From NCBI GenBank assembly GCA_035568975.1, contig DATMNH010000060.1, positions 12,176 through 76,175 on the forward strand: a stretch of 64,000 bases of DNA, in the 5' to 3' direction. The notes beneath the pieces are model-generated. The model worked only from the letters and a program-made list of their open reading frames with translations. It was not told the origin of the DNA and did no database searches. The position numbers were made by a program, and so were the translations under genes. Source of the DNA: Casimicrobiaceae bacterium (GTDB lineage Bacteria > Pseudomonadota > Gammaproteobacteria > Burkholderiales > Casimicrobiaceae). This document shows positions 25,083 through 33,604 of this stretch, in pieces (position 1 is the stretch's first letter; every line of letters begins with the position of its first letter).

Positions 25083-25218
25083 GCTGCCACGCAACATACA
25101 ACTTCATGTCGCGGTCCAAGGAGGCCGCGACGCGAGGCGCTCGGCGCGGGGCCTCGCGCGCAGCGTGCGTGGCCACGCTGTTCGTTCGCACGACAGTTTT
25201 GCAGTAAACTGATCGACC

Positions 25219-25560
25219 GTGTCCCGACGTAAGCGACCAGCTGCCGTGCAACACACCTTCCTCACCGTTCTTTTTTCACTGCTGCTGTTTGGCATGCAGC
25301 TCGAAGGACAGAGGCACGAGCTGCAGCACTTCGGCGATCAGCTGCGCTGGTGGCATGAGCAAGGGCTGCAACAATCGGCAAGCAATTCACCGTGCATCGA
25401 GTGTGCGTTACTCGCGGGCGGTTCACACGCGATCGCGAGCGGCGTTGCATCGCCGCCACCGGCGATCGTCGATTCGGGCCGAGTTGGAATCCGGTTCTCG
25501 TCGCAAGAGGTCGCGGCGCCCGCCTACTACTCCAGCCGCGCCCCGCCGATGCTCCCCTAG
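25219..25560 (+). CDS. small DUF2946-like CxxC protein
   Basis: GTG start. Hydrophobic N-terminal segment FLTVLFSLLLFGM, His-rich stretch HELQHFGDQLRWWHE, CIEC motif, C-terminal SSRAPPMLP. It lies directly upstream of the porin gene. Confidence 0.5.
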   Translation: MSRRKRPAAVQHTFLTVLFSLLLFGMQLEGQRHELQHFGDQLRWWHEQGLQQSASNSPCIECALLAGGSHAIASGVASPPPAIVDSGRVGIRFSSQEVAAPAYYSSRAPPMLP

Positions 25561-25618
25561 TCCGTTTGGGTATGCCGTCGCGTACGGCATAAGTCCATCA
25601 TGGCTAGAGGAGTGTCAA

Positions 25619-27001
25619 ATGTCCAAATTCATTTGGCTGCCCGGCGCTTTGGCGTTGGCGATGTCCGTGCCGTTCTCGGCGTGGGCGGCAACCGATGCCG
25701 ACCTCGCGGAGATTCGCGAGCAGATCAGGCAACTGAAGGAAAGCTACGAAGCGCGAATTCAGGCGCTGGAGCAGCGACTGAAGGACGCCGAGACCGCGAA
25801 AACCAAGGACGCCGCAACCACGCCGGCGCCTCCCGTCGCCGCCGCGCTGCCGGCGACATCATCTGCATCCGGCATCGCAGCGTTCAATCCGGCGATCTCG
25901 GCAGTGCTGCAGGGAAGGTACGCCAATCTTTCCCAGGACCCGTCGAAGTTCACGATCGGCGGCTTCGCACCGGGCGGCGACATCGGCCCCGGGCGCCGCG
26001 GCTTCTCGCTGTCGGAATCCGAGCTCGCGATCTCCGCCAGCGTCGATCACCTGTTCGCGGGCAATCTTATTGTCTCGCTCACGCCGGAAAACACGGTGTC
26101 GGTCGAGGAGGCGTACGGAATCTACACCGCGGCGCCGTACGGCATGGTTCCCAAGTTCGGTCGCTTCTTCTCGGGGCTTGGCTACATGAACGAGCAGCAC
26201 CAGCACGCGTGGGATTTCATCGACGCCCCGCTTGCCTATCAAGCTTTCCTCGGCAGCCAGTACACCAACGACGGCTTGCAACTCAAGTGGGTTGCGCCGA
26301 CCGATCAATTTCTCGAGCTCGGCGCCGAAGTCGGCAACGGAGACAACTTCCCGGGGTCGATGCGCAACAAGAACGGTGTCGGGTCCGGTGTGATCTACGC
26401 CCACACAGGAGACGACATCGGCGCCAGTCACAGCTGGCGCGCCGGCCTCTCCTATCTGCAGACGCGCGCGCAGGACCGCCAGTACTCACAGTTCGATCGC
26501 GCCGGCAACAATGCCCAGGTTGGGTTCAACGGGACCAGCCACGTCGCCATTGCCGATTTTGTCTGGAAGTACGCGCCCAACGGCAATCCGCTGTACACGA
26601 ACTTCAAGGTGCAGGGTGAGTATTTCTGGCGCCGCGAGAACGGTGATTTCATCTATGACGTCGACGGTGCGCTGGGGCTGACCAACACCTCGGCGTACAC
26701 CTCGCGGCAGAGCGGCTGGTACTTGCAGGGGGTCTACCAATTCATGCCCTACTGGCGCGTCGGCGCGCGCTACGACCGGCTCGATCCGGGGCACGTGGAT
26801 TACGGCACCAATGCGGCTTTCCTGGATGCGCCGGCGTTCCATCCCGAGCGCTCCACGTTAATGGTCGACTACACGCCGTCCGAATTCAGCCGCATCCGCC
26901 TGCAGTGGGGACAGAGCAAGACGCAGGTCGGCGTGACTGACAATCAGCTGTTCCTGCAATACATCCTGACGCTGGGCGCGCACGGCGCGCACAAATTCTA
27001 A
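25619..27001 (+). CDS. outer-membrane beta-barrel porin-like protein with N-terminal coiled coil
   Basis: AGAGGA 8 nt upstream of ATG 25619. Signal peptide MSKFIWLPGALALAMSVPFSAWA. Coiled coil DLAEIREQIRQLKESYEARIQALEQRLKDAE. Alternating beta-strand-like pattern and terminal ...GAHGAHKF. The exact family is not recognised. Confidence 0.65.
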   Translation: MSKFIWLPGALALAMSVPFSAWAATDADLAEIREQIRQLKESYEARIQALEQRLKDAETAKTKDAATTPAPPVAAALPATSSASGIAAFNPAISAVLQGRYANLSQDPSKFTIGGFAPGGDIGPGRRGFSLSESELAISASVDHLFAGNLIVSLTPENTVSVEEAYGIYTAAPYGMVPKFGRFFSGLGYMNEQHQHAWDFIDAPLAYQAFLGSQYTNDGLQLKWVAPTDQFLELGAEVGNGDNFPGSMRNKNGVGSGVIYAHTGDDIGASHSWRAGLSYLQTRAQDRQYSQFDRAGNNAQVGFNGTSHVAIADFVWKYAPNGNPLYTNFKVQGEYFWRRENGDFIYDVDGALGLTNTSAYTSRQSGWYLQGVYQFMPYWRVGARYDRLDPGHVDYGTNAAFLDAPAFHPERSTLMVDYTPSEFSRIRLQWGQSKTQVGVTDNQLFLQYILTLGAHGAHKF

Positions 27002-27012
27002 AGGAGCACGCG

Positions 27013-27921
27013 ATGAGATCATCGCATTTGCAATGGCTGTTGGCAGCGCTGCTCGCCCTTTCCGGCGGACCCGCGGCTGCGGCACTCAACGTTTTCGCGA
27101 CCGTGCCCGAATGGGGCGCGCTCACCGAGGAATTGGGCGGCGACAAGGTCAAGGTCTATACCGCGACCAATCCACTGCAGGATCCGCATCACGTGGAGGC
27201 GAAGCCGAGTCTGATCGGCCGCGCCCGCGGCGCCGACCTGGTCGTCGCGACCGGTGCCGAGCTCGAGATCGGATGGCTGCCGCTGGTGACCCAGCAAGCG
27301 GGTAACCCCAAGGTGCAAGCCGGCAAGCCGGGCTATTTCGAGGCGGCATCGTTCGTTCCGATCTTGGACAAACCGTCACGCCTGGATCGGTCGGAGGGCG
27401 ACGTGCATGCGGCCGGCGATCCACACATCCAGACCGATCCGCGCAATATCGCTCGCGTCGCGGGGCCGCTTTCGGCGCGCCTGGCCGAGCTCGATCCCGA
27501 AAACGCCGCGTATTACCAGACGCGCTACAAGGCCTTCGCCGAGCGCTGGAACGCCGCGATCGCGCGATGGGAGAAAGAAGGAGCTCCGTTGAAAGGCGTC
27601 GCGATCGTCGTCCAGCACAAGGGATTCACCTATCTGATCGCATGGCTGGGCATGAAAGAGGTCGCGGCACTGGAACCGAAACCGGGCGTCGAACCCACGA
27701 CTGCCCATCTATCGGAGGTGCTGGCCACGGTGCAGCGCCAGCCGGTGAAGATGGTCCTGCGCGCGGCGTATCAGAGCGACCGTGCTTCACAATGGATCGC
27801 GGAGCGGGCGAAGATCAACGTTGTTGTGCTGCCGTTCACCGTCGGTGGTGACGACGCCGCCAAGGATCTGTTCGGTTTGTTCGATGATACGGTCCAGCGG
27901 CTGCTCAAAGGTCTCCAGTGA
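27013..27921 (+). CDS. ZnuA/TroA-family (cluster A-I) periplasmic metal-binding protein
   Basis: Signal peptide. Candidate metal ligands DPHHVEAKPS, GDPHIQTDP, EPKPGVEP. No long His-rich loop. The stop overlaps the next start (GTGA). Confidence 0.75.
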   Translation: MRSSHLQWLLAALLALSGGPAAAALNVFATVPEWGALTEELGGDKVKVYTATNPLQDPHHVEAKPSLIGRARGADLVVATGAELEIGWLPLVTQQAGNPKVQAGKPGYFEAASFVPILDKPSRLDRSEGDVHAAGDPHIQTDPRNIARVAGPLSARLAELDPENAAYYQTRYKAFAERWNAAIARWEKEGAPLKGVAIVVQHKGFTYLIAWLGMKEVAALEPKPGVEPTTAHLSEVLATVQRQPVKMVLRAAYQSDRASQWIAERAKINVVVLPFTVGGDDAAKDLFGLFDDTVQRLLKGLQ

Positions 27922-28748
27922 ATCTCGACGCCATCAGCCTTTCGATTCTGCTTCCTGCCTTCGCGGCCGGCTTGCTCGTCACCTCGACACATGTGCCGCT
28001 CGGGATGCAGGTGCTCGCGCGCGGCATCGTCTTCATCGACCTCGCCATCGCGCAGATTGCGGGCTGCGGGGTGCTGCTCGCCGATCAGATGGGATTCGAG
28101 GCCGAGGGCATCGCAGTTCAGATTGCGGCGCTGGCGGCGGCGCTGGCAGGTGCGCTCTTGCTCACCTGGACCGAGCGGGTCTGGCCCGAAGTGCAGGAAG
28201 CGGTCATCGGCGTGGTGTTCATCCTCGGCGCGACCGGCAGCGTGTTGCTGCTGGCCAGCAACGCGCACGGCAGCGAGCACTTGCGCGATCTCCTGGTCGG
28301 ACAGATTCTCTGGGCGCAGCCGTCGCGGCTGCTGTGGGCCGCGCTGGTCTACGCAGTAGTACTCTTCCTATGGTTCGGCTGGAAGGAGCGCCTCGGCCGC
28401 ACCGGCTTCTACGTCCTGTTCGCGCTCGCGGTCACGGTGTCGGTACAGCTGGTCGGTTTGTACCTGGTATTCGCAACGCTGATCGTGCCGCCGCTGGCCA
28501 CCCGAAAAATGACGCGGCGACGACTTGCGGCCGCGTGGGCGATCGGCGCGGCAGGCTATGCGGCGGGGCTCGTTGCCTCGACCGCGCTCGACCTTCCGAG
28601 TGGACCGGTCATCGTGTGGATGCTGGTCATCCTGTCGCTTGCGTGGTACGCGATCATCGCGCCCCGATTCACCGTCACTTCCGCGGCGCCGCGATCAGCC
28701 ACTACTTCCGCAGCGCCGCGATCCCGCGCTGGAGGCCGTCGAGGGTGA
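27918..28748 (+). CDS. ABC-3 (ZnuB-like) metal transporter permease
   Basis: Multi-TM protein with a ZnuB-like pattern (PLGMQVLARGIVFIDLAIAQIAGCG, NAHGSEHLRDLLVGQILW, LFALAVTVSVQLVGLYLVFATLIVPP). The 3' end (TSAAPRSATTSAAPRS) runs through a tandem duplication and overlaps the convergent VWA gene, so the true stop-proximal part is doubtful. Confidence 0.7.
   Translation: MNLDAISLSILLPAFAAGLLVTSTHVPLGMQVLARGIVFIDLAIAQIAGCGVLLADQMGFEAEGIAVQIAALAAALAGALLLTWTERVWPEVQEAVIGVVFILGATGSVLLLASNAHGSEHLRDLLVGQILWAQPSRLLWAALVYAVVLFLWFGWKERLGRTGFYVLFALAVTVSVQLVGLYLVFATLIVPPLATRKMTRRRLAAAWAIGAAGYAAGLVASTALDLPSGPVIVWMLVILSLAWYAIIAPRFTVTSAAPRSATTSAAPRSRAGGRRG
28667..28717. repeat. imperfect 24-nt tandem duplication at a convergent gene overlap
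   Basis: ACTTCCGCGGCGCCGCGATCAGCC (28667-28690) and ACTTCCGCAGCGCCGCGATCCCGC (28694-28717), 20/24 identical by hand alignment. Confidence 0.7.
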
Positions 28749-29877
28749 GCGGAAACATGCGCGGCCCCAGTATCTCCAGCACGATCTGCGTCGAGCGCGA
28801 GTAGCCCCACGAGCGCTCGGGCTCGGGGTTCAGCCATATCGCGTGGCGATAGGCGTCGATCAGGCGCTTGAGCCAGGCCGCGCCCGGCTCGTCGTTCATG
28901 TATTCGACGCTGCCGCCGGCCTGCACGATCTCGTAGGGGCTCATCGCCGCATCGCCGACCAGGACCAGCCTCCAGTCCGGGCCGTATTTGTGCAGCAGGT
29001 CGAAGGTCGCGATGCGCTCGTTGCGACGGCGGCGGTTGTCGCGCCAGACGTAATCGTAGACGCAGTTGTGGAAGTAGAAGTACTCGAGATGGCGGAACTC
29101 GCTTTTCGCCGCCGAGAACAGCTCCTCGCACACCTGGACGTGCGGATCCATCGAGCCACCGACGTCGAGGAAGAGCAGCACCTTGACGCGATTACGGCGT
29201 TCCGGCACCAGGTGCAGATCGAGCCAGCCGGCGTTTTTCGCGGTGCCGTCGATGGTCGCGTCGAGGTCGAGCTCCTCGGGCACGCCCTCGCGGGCGAACC
29301 GGCGCAGGCGCCGCAGCGCGATCTTGATGTTGCGCGTGTTGAGCTCGACCGAGTCGTCGAGATTGCGAAACGTCCGCTCGTCCCAGACCTTGATCGCGCT
29401 TCGGTTGCCGCCTTTTTCCTGTCCGATGCGAACACCTTCCGGATTGTATCCGTACGCGCCGAACGGGCTCGTTCCCGCGATGCCGATCCATTTCGAGCCG
29501 CCCTGGTGGCGGCCTCGCTGCTCCTCCAGCCTGGCTTTAAGCGTCTCCATCAGCTTGTCCCAGCCACCAAGCGCCTTCACCAGCGCCTTGTCTTCCTCGG
29601 ATAGATTTCCCTCGATCAGCTTGCGGATCCACTCCTCCGGAATCTGCGCACGGATATCGAACACGCGGTCAACGCCCTTGAAGTAGGCGCCGAACGCCAG
29701 ATTGAAGCGGTCGTACAGCGCCTCGTCCTTGATGAGGCAGGTGCGGGCGAGGAAATAGAAATCGTCGATGCTTGCGGAGACGACTTCGTGCTTGAGCGCG
29801 TCGAGCAGGGTAAGGAACTCGCGCGTGGAGACGGGCAGCTTCGCGGCCTTGAGGTGGAGAAAGAAGTCGACCAGCAC
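28702..29877 (-). CDS. VWA domain protein, CoxE-like (MoxR partner)
   Basis: MLVDFFLHLKAAKLPVSTREFLTLLDALKHEVV...DDFYFLARTCLIKDE is a CoxE-type N-terminus. A VWA/MIDAS-like segment VLLFLDVGGSMDPH is present. It lies in an operon with a MoxR ATPase. Confidence 0.8.
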   Translation of the reverse strand: MLVDFFLHLKAAKLPVSTREFLTLLDALKHEVVSASIDDFYFLARTCLIKDEALYDRFNLAFGAYFKGVDRVFDIRAQIPEEWIRKLIEGNLSEEDKALVKALGGWDKLMETLKARLEEQRGRHQGGSKWIGIAGTSPFGAYGYNPEGVRIGQEKGGNRSAIKVWDERTFRNLDDSVELNTRNIKIALRRLRRFAREGVPEELDLDATIDGTAKNAGWLDLHLVPERRNRVKVLLFLDVGGSMDPHVQVCEELFSAAKSEFRHLEYFYFHNCVYDYVWRDNRRRRNERIATFDLLHKYGPDWRLVLVGDAAMSPYEIVQAGGSVEYMNDEPGAAWLKRLIDAYRHAIWLNPEPERSWGYSRSTQIVLEILGPRMFPLTLDGLQRGIAALRK

Positions 29878-29896
29878 CTTGGCCCTCTCGCAACGA

Positions 29897-30490
29897 TTAC
29901 CGCGGGCGCTCGAGCTGGTAGCGCAGGTGCCGCTTCACCGCCGGCCATTCACCGTCGATGATGCTGAAAACCACCGTGTCCCGTTTCGAGCCGTCGGCCG
30001 ACAACTGATGATTGCGCAGCACGCCGTCCTGCTTCGCGCCGAGCCGCGCGATCGCGGTGCGCGAGGCCTGATTGAACCAGTGGGTGCGAAACTCGACCGC
30101 GATGCACGAGAGTTTCTCGAAGGCATGGGTCAGGAGCAGCAGCTTGCACTCGGTGTTGATCGGGCCGCGCTGGACGCGCTTGGAATACCAGGTATGCCCG
30201 ATCTCCAGCCGACGGTTGGCCGCGTCGACGTTGAAATAACGCGTGCAGCCGACGATCTCGCCGGAGAATTTCTCGCGTACGACAAACGGCATCGAATCCA
30301 GGCGCTCGCGCATGTCGAGCGCGGTGGCGATGTATTGGCCCATTTTCTCCGGGGGCGCGACCGACGTGTACCACAGCCGCCACAGCTCTCCGTCGGCCGC
30401 CGCGTGCTGCAGCGCCTGCTCGTGCTCGCGTCCCAGCGGCTCGATGCTGGCGTAGGCGCCGATCAGCGTGACGGGCTCGATGAAGCGCAT
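29897..30490 (-). CDS. GNAT family N-acetyltransferase (RimJ/RimL-like)
   Basis: MRFIEPVTLIGAYASIEPL...EIVGCTRYFNVDAANRRLEIGHTWYSKRVQRGPINTECKLLLLTHAFEKL...AVEFRTHWFNQASRTAIARLGAKQDGVLRNH. ATG at 30490, 2 nt downstream of the MoxR stop codon (30493-30495). Confidence 0.8.
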   Translation of the reverse strand: MRFIEPVTLIGAYASIEPLGREHEQALQHAAADGELWRLWYTSVAPPEKMGQYIATALDMRERLDSMPFVVREKFSGEIVGCTRYFNVDAANRRLEIGHTWYSKRVQRGPINTECKLLLLTHAFEKLSCIAVEFRTHWFNQASRTAIARLGAKQDGVLRNHQLSADGSKRDTVVFSIIDGEWPAVKRHLRYQLERPR

Positions 30491-30492
30491 GG

Positions 30493-31335
30493 CTATCTTC
30501 CGCTGCGCGCCAGGAAGGCGACCCTCTCGAACAAATGCACGTCCTGCTCGTTCTTGAGCAGCGCACCGTGCAGCGGCGGAATGATCACCTTCTTGTCGGT
30601 ACTGCGCAGGGCCTCCGGCGGAATGTCCTCGGCCAGCAGGAGCTTCAACCAGTCGAGGAGCTCGGAGGTCGATGGCTTCTTCTTCAATCCGGGCACGTCG
30701 CGCAGCTCGAAGAAGACTTCGAGCGCTTCCTTGAGCAGGCTCTTCTTCAAACCCGGAAAGTGAACGTCGACGATGCGCGTCATCGTTTCCCGGTCCGGAA
30801 AACGGATGTAATGGAAGAAGCAGCGGCGCAGGAACGCGTCCGGCAGCTCTTTCTCGTTGTTGCTGGTGATCACCACCAGCGGACGGTGGCGCGCGCGAAT
30901 CGTCTTCTGCGTCTCGTAGACGTAGAACTCCATGCGATCGAGCTCCCGCAACAGATCGTTGGGAAACTCGATGTCGGCCTTGTCGACCTCGTCGATCAGC
31001 ACCACCGCCGGCGATTCCGATTCGAACGCCTCCCAGAGCACGCCGCGCTTGATGTAGTGCGCGATGTCGCCGACGTGCGAGTCGCCGAGCTGCGAGTCGC
31101 GCAATCGCGACACGGCGTCGTATTCGTAGAGACCCTGCTGCGCCTTGGTCGTAGACTTGATGTGCCACTGCACCAGCGGTCGCTTCAAGCTTCGAGCGAC
31201 TTCCTCCGCCAGCATGGTCTTGCCGGTCCCCGGCTCGCCCTTGACCAGCAGCGGTCGTTCGAGCGTGACCGCCGCATTGACGGCGAGCATCAGGTCCGGG
31301 GTGGCGATATAAGTATCGGTGCCTTCGAATCGCAT
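30493..31335 (-). CDS. MoxR-like AAA+ ATPase
   Basis: Walker A VKGEPGTGKTMLAEEVA, Walker B VVLIDEVDKA, and the ITSNNEKELPDAFLRRCF sensor/arginine region. 280 aa. Confidence 0.85.
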   Translation of the reverse strand: MRFEGTDTYIATPDLMLAVNAAVTLERPLLVKGEPGTGKTMLAEEVARSLKRPLVQWHIKSTTKAQQGLYEYDAVSRLRDSQLGDSHVGDIAHYIKRGVLWEAFESESPAVVLIDEVDKADIEFPNDLLRELDRMEFYVYETQKTIRARHRPLVVITSNNEKELPDAFLRRCFFHYIRFPDRETMTRIVDVHFPGLKKSLLKEALEVFFELRDVPGLKKKPSTSELLDWLKLLLAEDIPPEALRSTDKKVIIPPLHGALLKNEQDVHLFERVAFLARSGR

Positions 31336-31394
31336 CAGCTTTCCTCAGATACTGATGATGGACGAGATGGACGAGAACATCCGCAAAATTGGGG

Positions 31395-31469
31395 TCGTCC
31401 CCGCGAAAGCGGGGACCCAGTGGCGTTCGTACCAAAGACACTGGATTCCCGCTTTCGCGGGAATGACGA
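31395..31469. repeat. REP/MITE-like element, copy C
   Basis: TCGTCCCCGCGAAAGCGGGGACCCA (31395-31419), spacer GTGGCGTTCGTACCAAAGACAC, then TGGATTCCCGCTTTCGCGGGAATGACGA (31442-31469). Confidence 0.85.
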
Positions 31470-31535
31470 TATGAAGACGTCGAGCATCACGCAATCCTCG
31501 TGCGGTCTCCAGAAGCGTTCGGTGACGCGATCATC

Positions 31536-31868
31536 TTATCTCAACGCGTACTGCGCGAGCCAGAGCACCGCCATGCCGACCACGATGGTAAGCGTCGTGC
31601 TCCGCCGCCAAGCGGCGACGGCAAGCGCCGCTACTGCCGCGATCAGCTTGGCGTTTCCGAAGTCGAGCCGGAGCAGGCCCGGCGCCACGAAAACGACCGC
31701 CGGAACGACGATCGCGGTCAGCATGGCCGCCGGCACGTGCTTGAGCGCACGGCCGAGCAGAGGCGGCATGTCGCGACGCGCGAAGAGCGCAATGAACGAA
31801 AGGCGCGCGACATAGTTGATCGCGCCCACGGCAAAAATCGCGAGCCAGATTGTCGCCTCCCTACTCAT
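31536..31868 (-). CDS. azlD: branched-chain amino acid export accessory protein AzlD
   Basis: MSREATIWLAIFAVGAINYVARLSFIALF... is a small four-helix AzlD pattern. The start overlaps the azlC stop (ATGAGTAG). Confidence 0.75.
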   Translation of the reverse strand: MSREATIWLAIFAVGAINYVARLSFIALFARRDMPPLLGRALKHVPAAMLTAIVVPAVVFVAPGLLRLDFGNAKLIAAVAALAVAAWRRSTTLTIVVGMAVLWLAQYALR

Positions 31869-32571
31869 GCTGTCCACGAAGGGTGTCGGCGACGACACCG
31901 GCGGCGATGCCGATCAGGCCCGCGCAAATCAGCGACAAACGCATCGGCATGTCATCGAGCGCGATCGCGGCCACGCCGGCCGCGACAACCACCAGCAGCG
32001 TGACGCGGTCGCGGAGCAGCGGCGCCAGTACCGCGAGAAAGCACAGGGGCACGACAAACTCGAGCTGCCACGACGCCGGAATCACCTGTCCGACCAGGAT
32101 ACCGGCGAGCGTGGCGATCTGCCAGACGATCCAGAGCAGCACCCCTCCGCCGAGAAAGTAGGACGCGTTGGCGCGCAGGTCGTCCGATTCACGAAAGCGC
32201 TGAATGGTACCCGCGAACGCCTGATCGGTAAGGACGAATGACAGAATATTGCGCCAGCGGCGATCGAGCGGCCGCAGATAAGGCGCCATCGCCGCGCTGT
32301 AGACCAGAAAGCGTAAGCCCACCACCAGACAGGACAGGATGATCACCAGCAACGGGGCCCCGGCGGCAAGCAGCTGTGACGCTACGATCTGCGCCGCGCC
32401 GCTGAACATGATCGCCGACATCGCCAGCGCCGCGAGCGGTGAGGCGCCGGCCGAGATCGCCGCGATACCGCAGACCATGCCGAAAGGGACGATGCCGATC
32501 AGCACCGGCGTCATGTCGCGGACGCCTTCGAAGAACGCTGGCCGGGAAAAGTGCGCGCGCATCCGGGACAA
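31861..32571 (-). CDS. azlC: branched-chain amino acid exporter AzlC
   Basis: FFEGVRDMTPVLIGIVPFGMVCGIAAISAG...IMFSGAAQIVASQLL is an AzlC family pattern. Confidence 0.8.
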   Translation of the reverse strand: MSRMRAHFSRPAFFEGVRDMTPVLIGIVPFGMVCGIAAISAGASPLAALAMSAIMFSGAAQIVASQLLAAGAPLLVIILSCLVVGLRFLVYSAAMAPYLRPLDRRWRNILSFVLTDQAFAGTIQRFRESDDLRANASYFLGGGVLLWIVWQIATLAGILVGQVIPASWQLEFVVPLCFLAVLAPLLRDRVTLLVVVAAGVAAIALDDMPMRLSLICAGLIGIAAGVVADTLRGQHE

Positions 32572-32662
32572 GAGTCGGGCAAAAAGAAAGGGGAGGCTCG
32601 AAAGCCCCCCGAATAGTGCAATTATAATCCTGCGATCAGCCCTTGACGCCTCCCGCGGTCAA

Positions 32663-33472
32663 TCAACCGGCTCTCGTCTGCGCGAGACCGCCGTCGACGA
32701 TCAGATTGTGTCCGGTGATTGCGCGCGCTTCGTCGGAAGCCAGGAACAGGGTCGCACGCGCGACGTCGCTTTCAGTCAGCCGGAATTTGAGGCACTGGCC
32801 GTCGATGAACTCGCGTTCGAGGTCCGGCGTGAGCCACAGCTTGATCTGGCGCTCGGTCAGAATCGCGCCGGGAACGACCGAATTGACGCGAATGTTGTGC
32901 ATGCCCAGCTCGCGCGCAAGCGAGCGCGTCAAGCCGCTGATCGCCGCCTTGGCAGTGGTATACGCGATCATCCCGGGAGTGCCGCGCATCCACGACACGG
33001 AACCCATGTTGATGATGGCGCCGCCGCCGTGCTTGGCCATGGCGGGCACGACACTTTGCGCAGCAAAGAAATGATGGCGCAGATTCACCGCCTGCCGATC
33101 GTCCCAGTATTCGGGCGTGACCTCGCTCAAGTCGTGACGATCATCGCGCGCCGCATTGTTCACAAGGATGGTGATCGCGCCCAATTCATTCGCGGCCACA
33201 GCCAGCGTCGCGCGCAGTGCGGCGATGTCGCGCACATCGCAGTGATAGAAGCGAACAGGCGCCGGAGCGAGCAGCGAGACGAGCGCCTCCGAGGGCGCCT
33301 TCGCCACGTCGCAAAAAGCGACGTTGCATCCCTGCTGCGCAAGGTGTGCGACGATCACCGCGCCGATGCCCGAGCCGCCTCCGGACACAAACGCCGTCTT
33401 GCCGGCGAGGCTGGGGTATGAGGCGAGTGCGGACGCCGCTGCGTTCGGCGTTGCCATTGCTCTCGCGGCCAT
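32663..33472 (-). CDS. SDR family oxidoreductase (possible sugar 1-dehydrogenase)
   Basis: TAFVSGGGSGIGAVI (TGxxxGxG), NNAA, catalytic YTTAKAA (YxxxK), PGAILT. Function is inferred only from neighbours. Confidence 0.8.
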   Translation of the reverse strand: MAARAMATPNAAASALASYPSLAGKTAFVSGGGSGIGAVIVAHLAQQGCNVAFCDVAKAPSEALVSLLAPAPVRFYHCDVRDIAALRATLAVAANELGAITILVNNAARDDRHDLSEVTPEYWDDRQAVNLRHHFFAAQSVVPAMAKHGGGAIINMGSVSWMRGTPGMIAYTTAKAAISGLTRSLARELGMHNIRVNSVVPGAILTERQIKLWLTPDLEREFIDGQCLKFRLTESDVARATLFLASDEARAITGHNLIVDGGLAQTRAG

Positions 33473-33604
33473 TATCTGTCGAGGCCATGTGTAACACAGG
33501 CATGACTCGAGTGTAAACGCCCGCTACAATGATCCGTCCTGGTTTTTCCCTTATTTCCTACTCATTTCCCAAACCAGCCCTCATTTTTTTGCGGAGACAA
33601 GCTC

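Noticed and set aside
16850-31395. Calling the region between REP copies B and C a genomic island or mobile element.
   Set aside because: There is no integrase, transposase, tRNA, direct-repeat att sites or conjugation or phage genes. The REP flanking may be coincidental, since these elements sit at many operon ends. Only the compositional hint is reported.
30491-31441. The 514-aa ORF 29897-31441, which would suggest a large fusion protein.
   Set aside because: Only the last 197 aa (from ATG 30490) are GNAT-like. The upstream part is an out-of-frame overlap of the MoxR ATPase gene.
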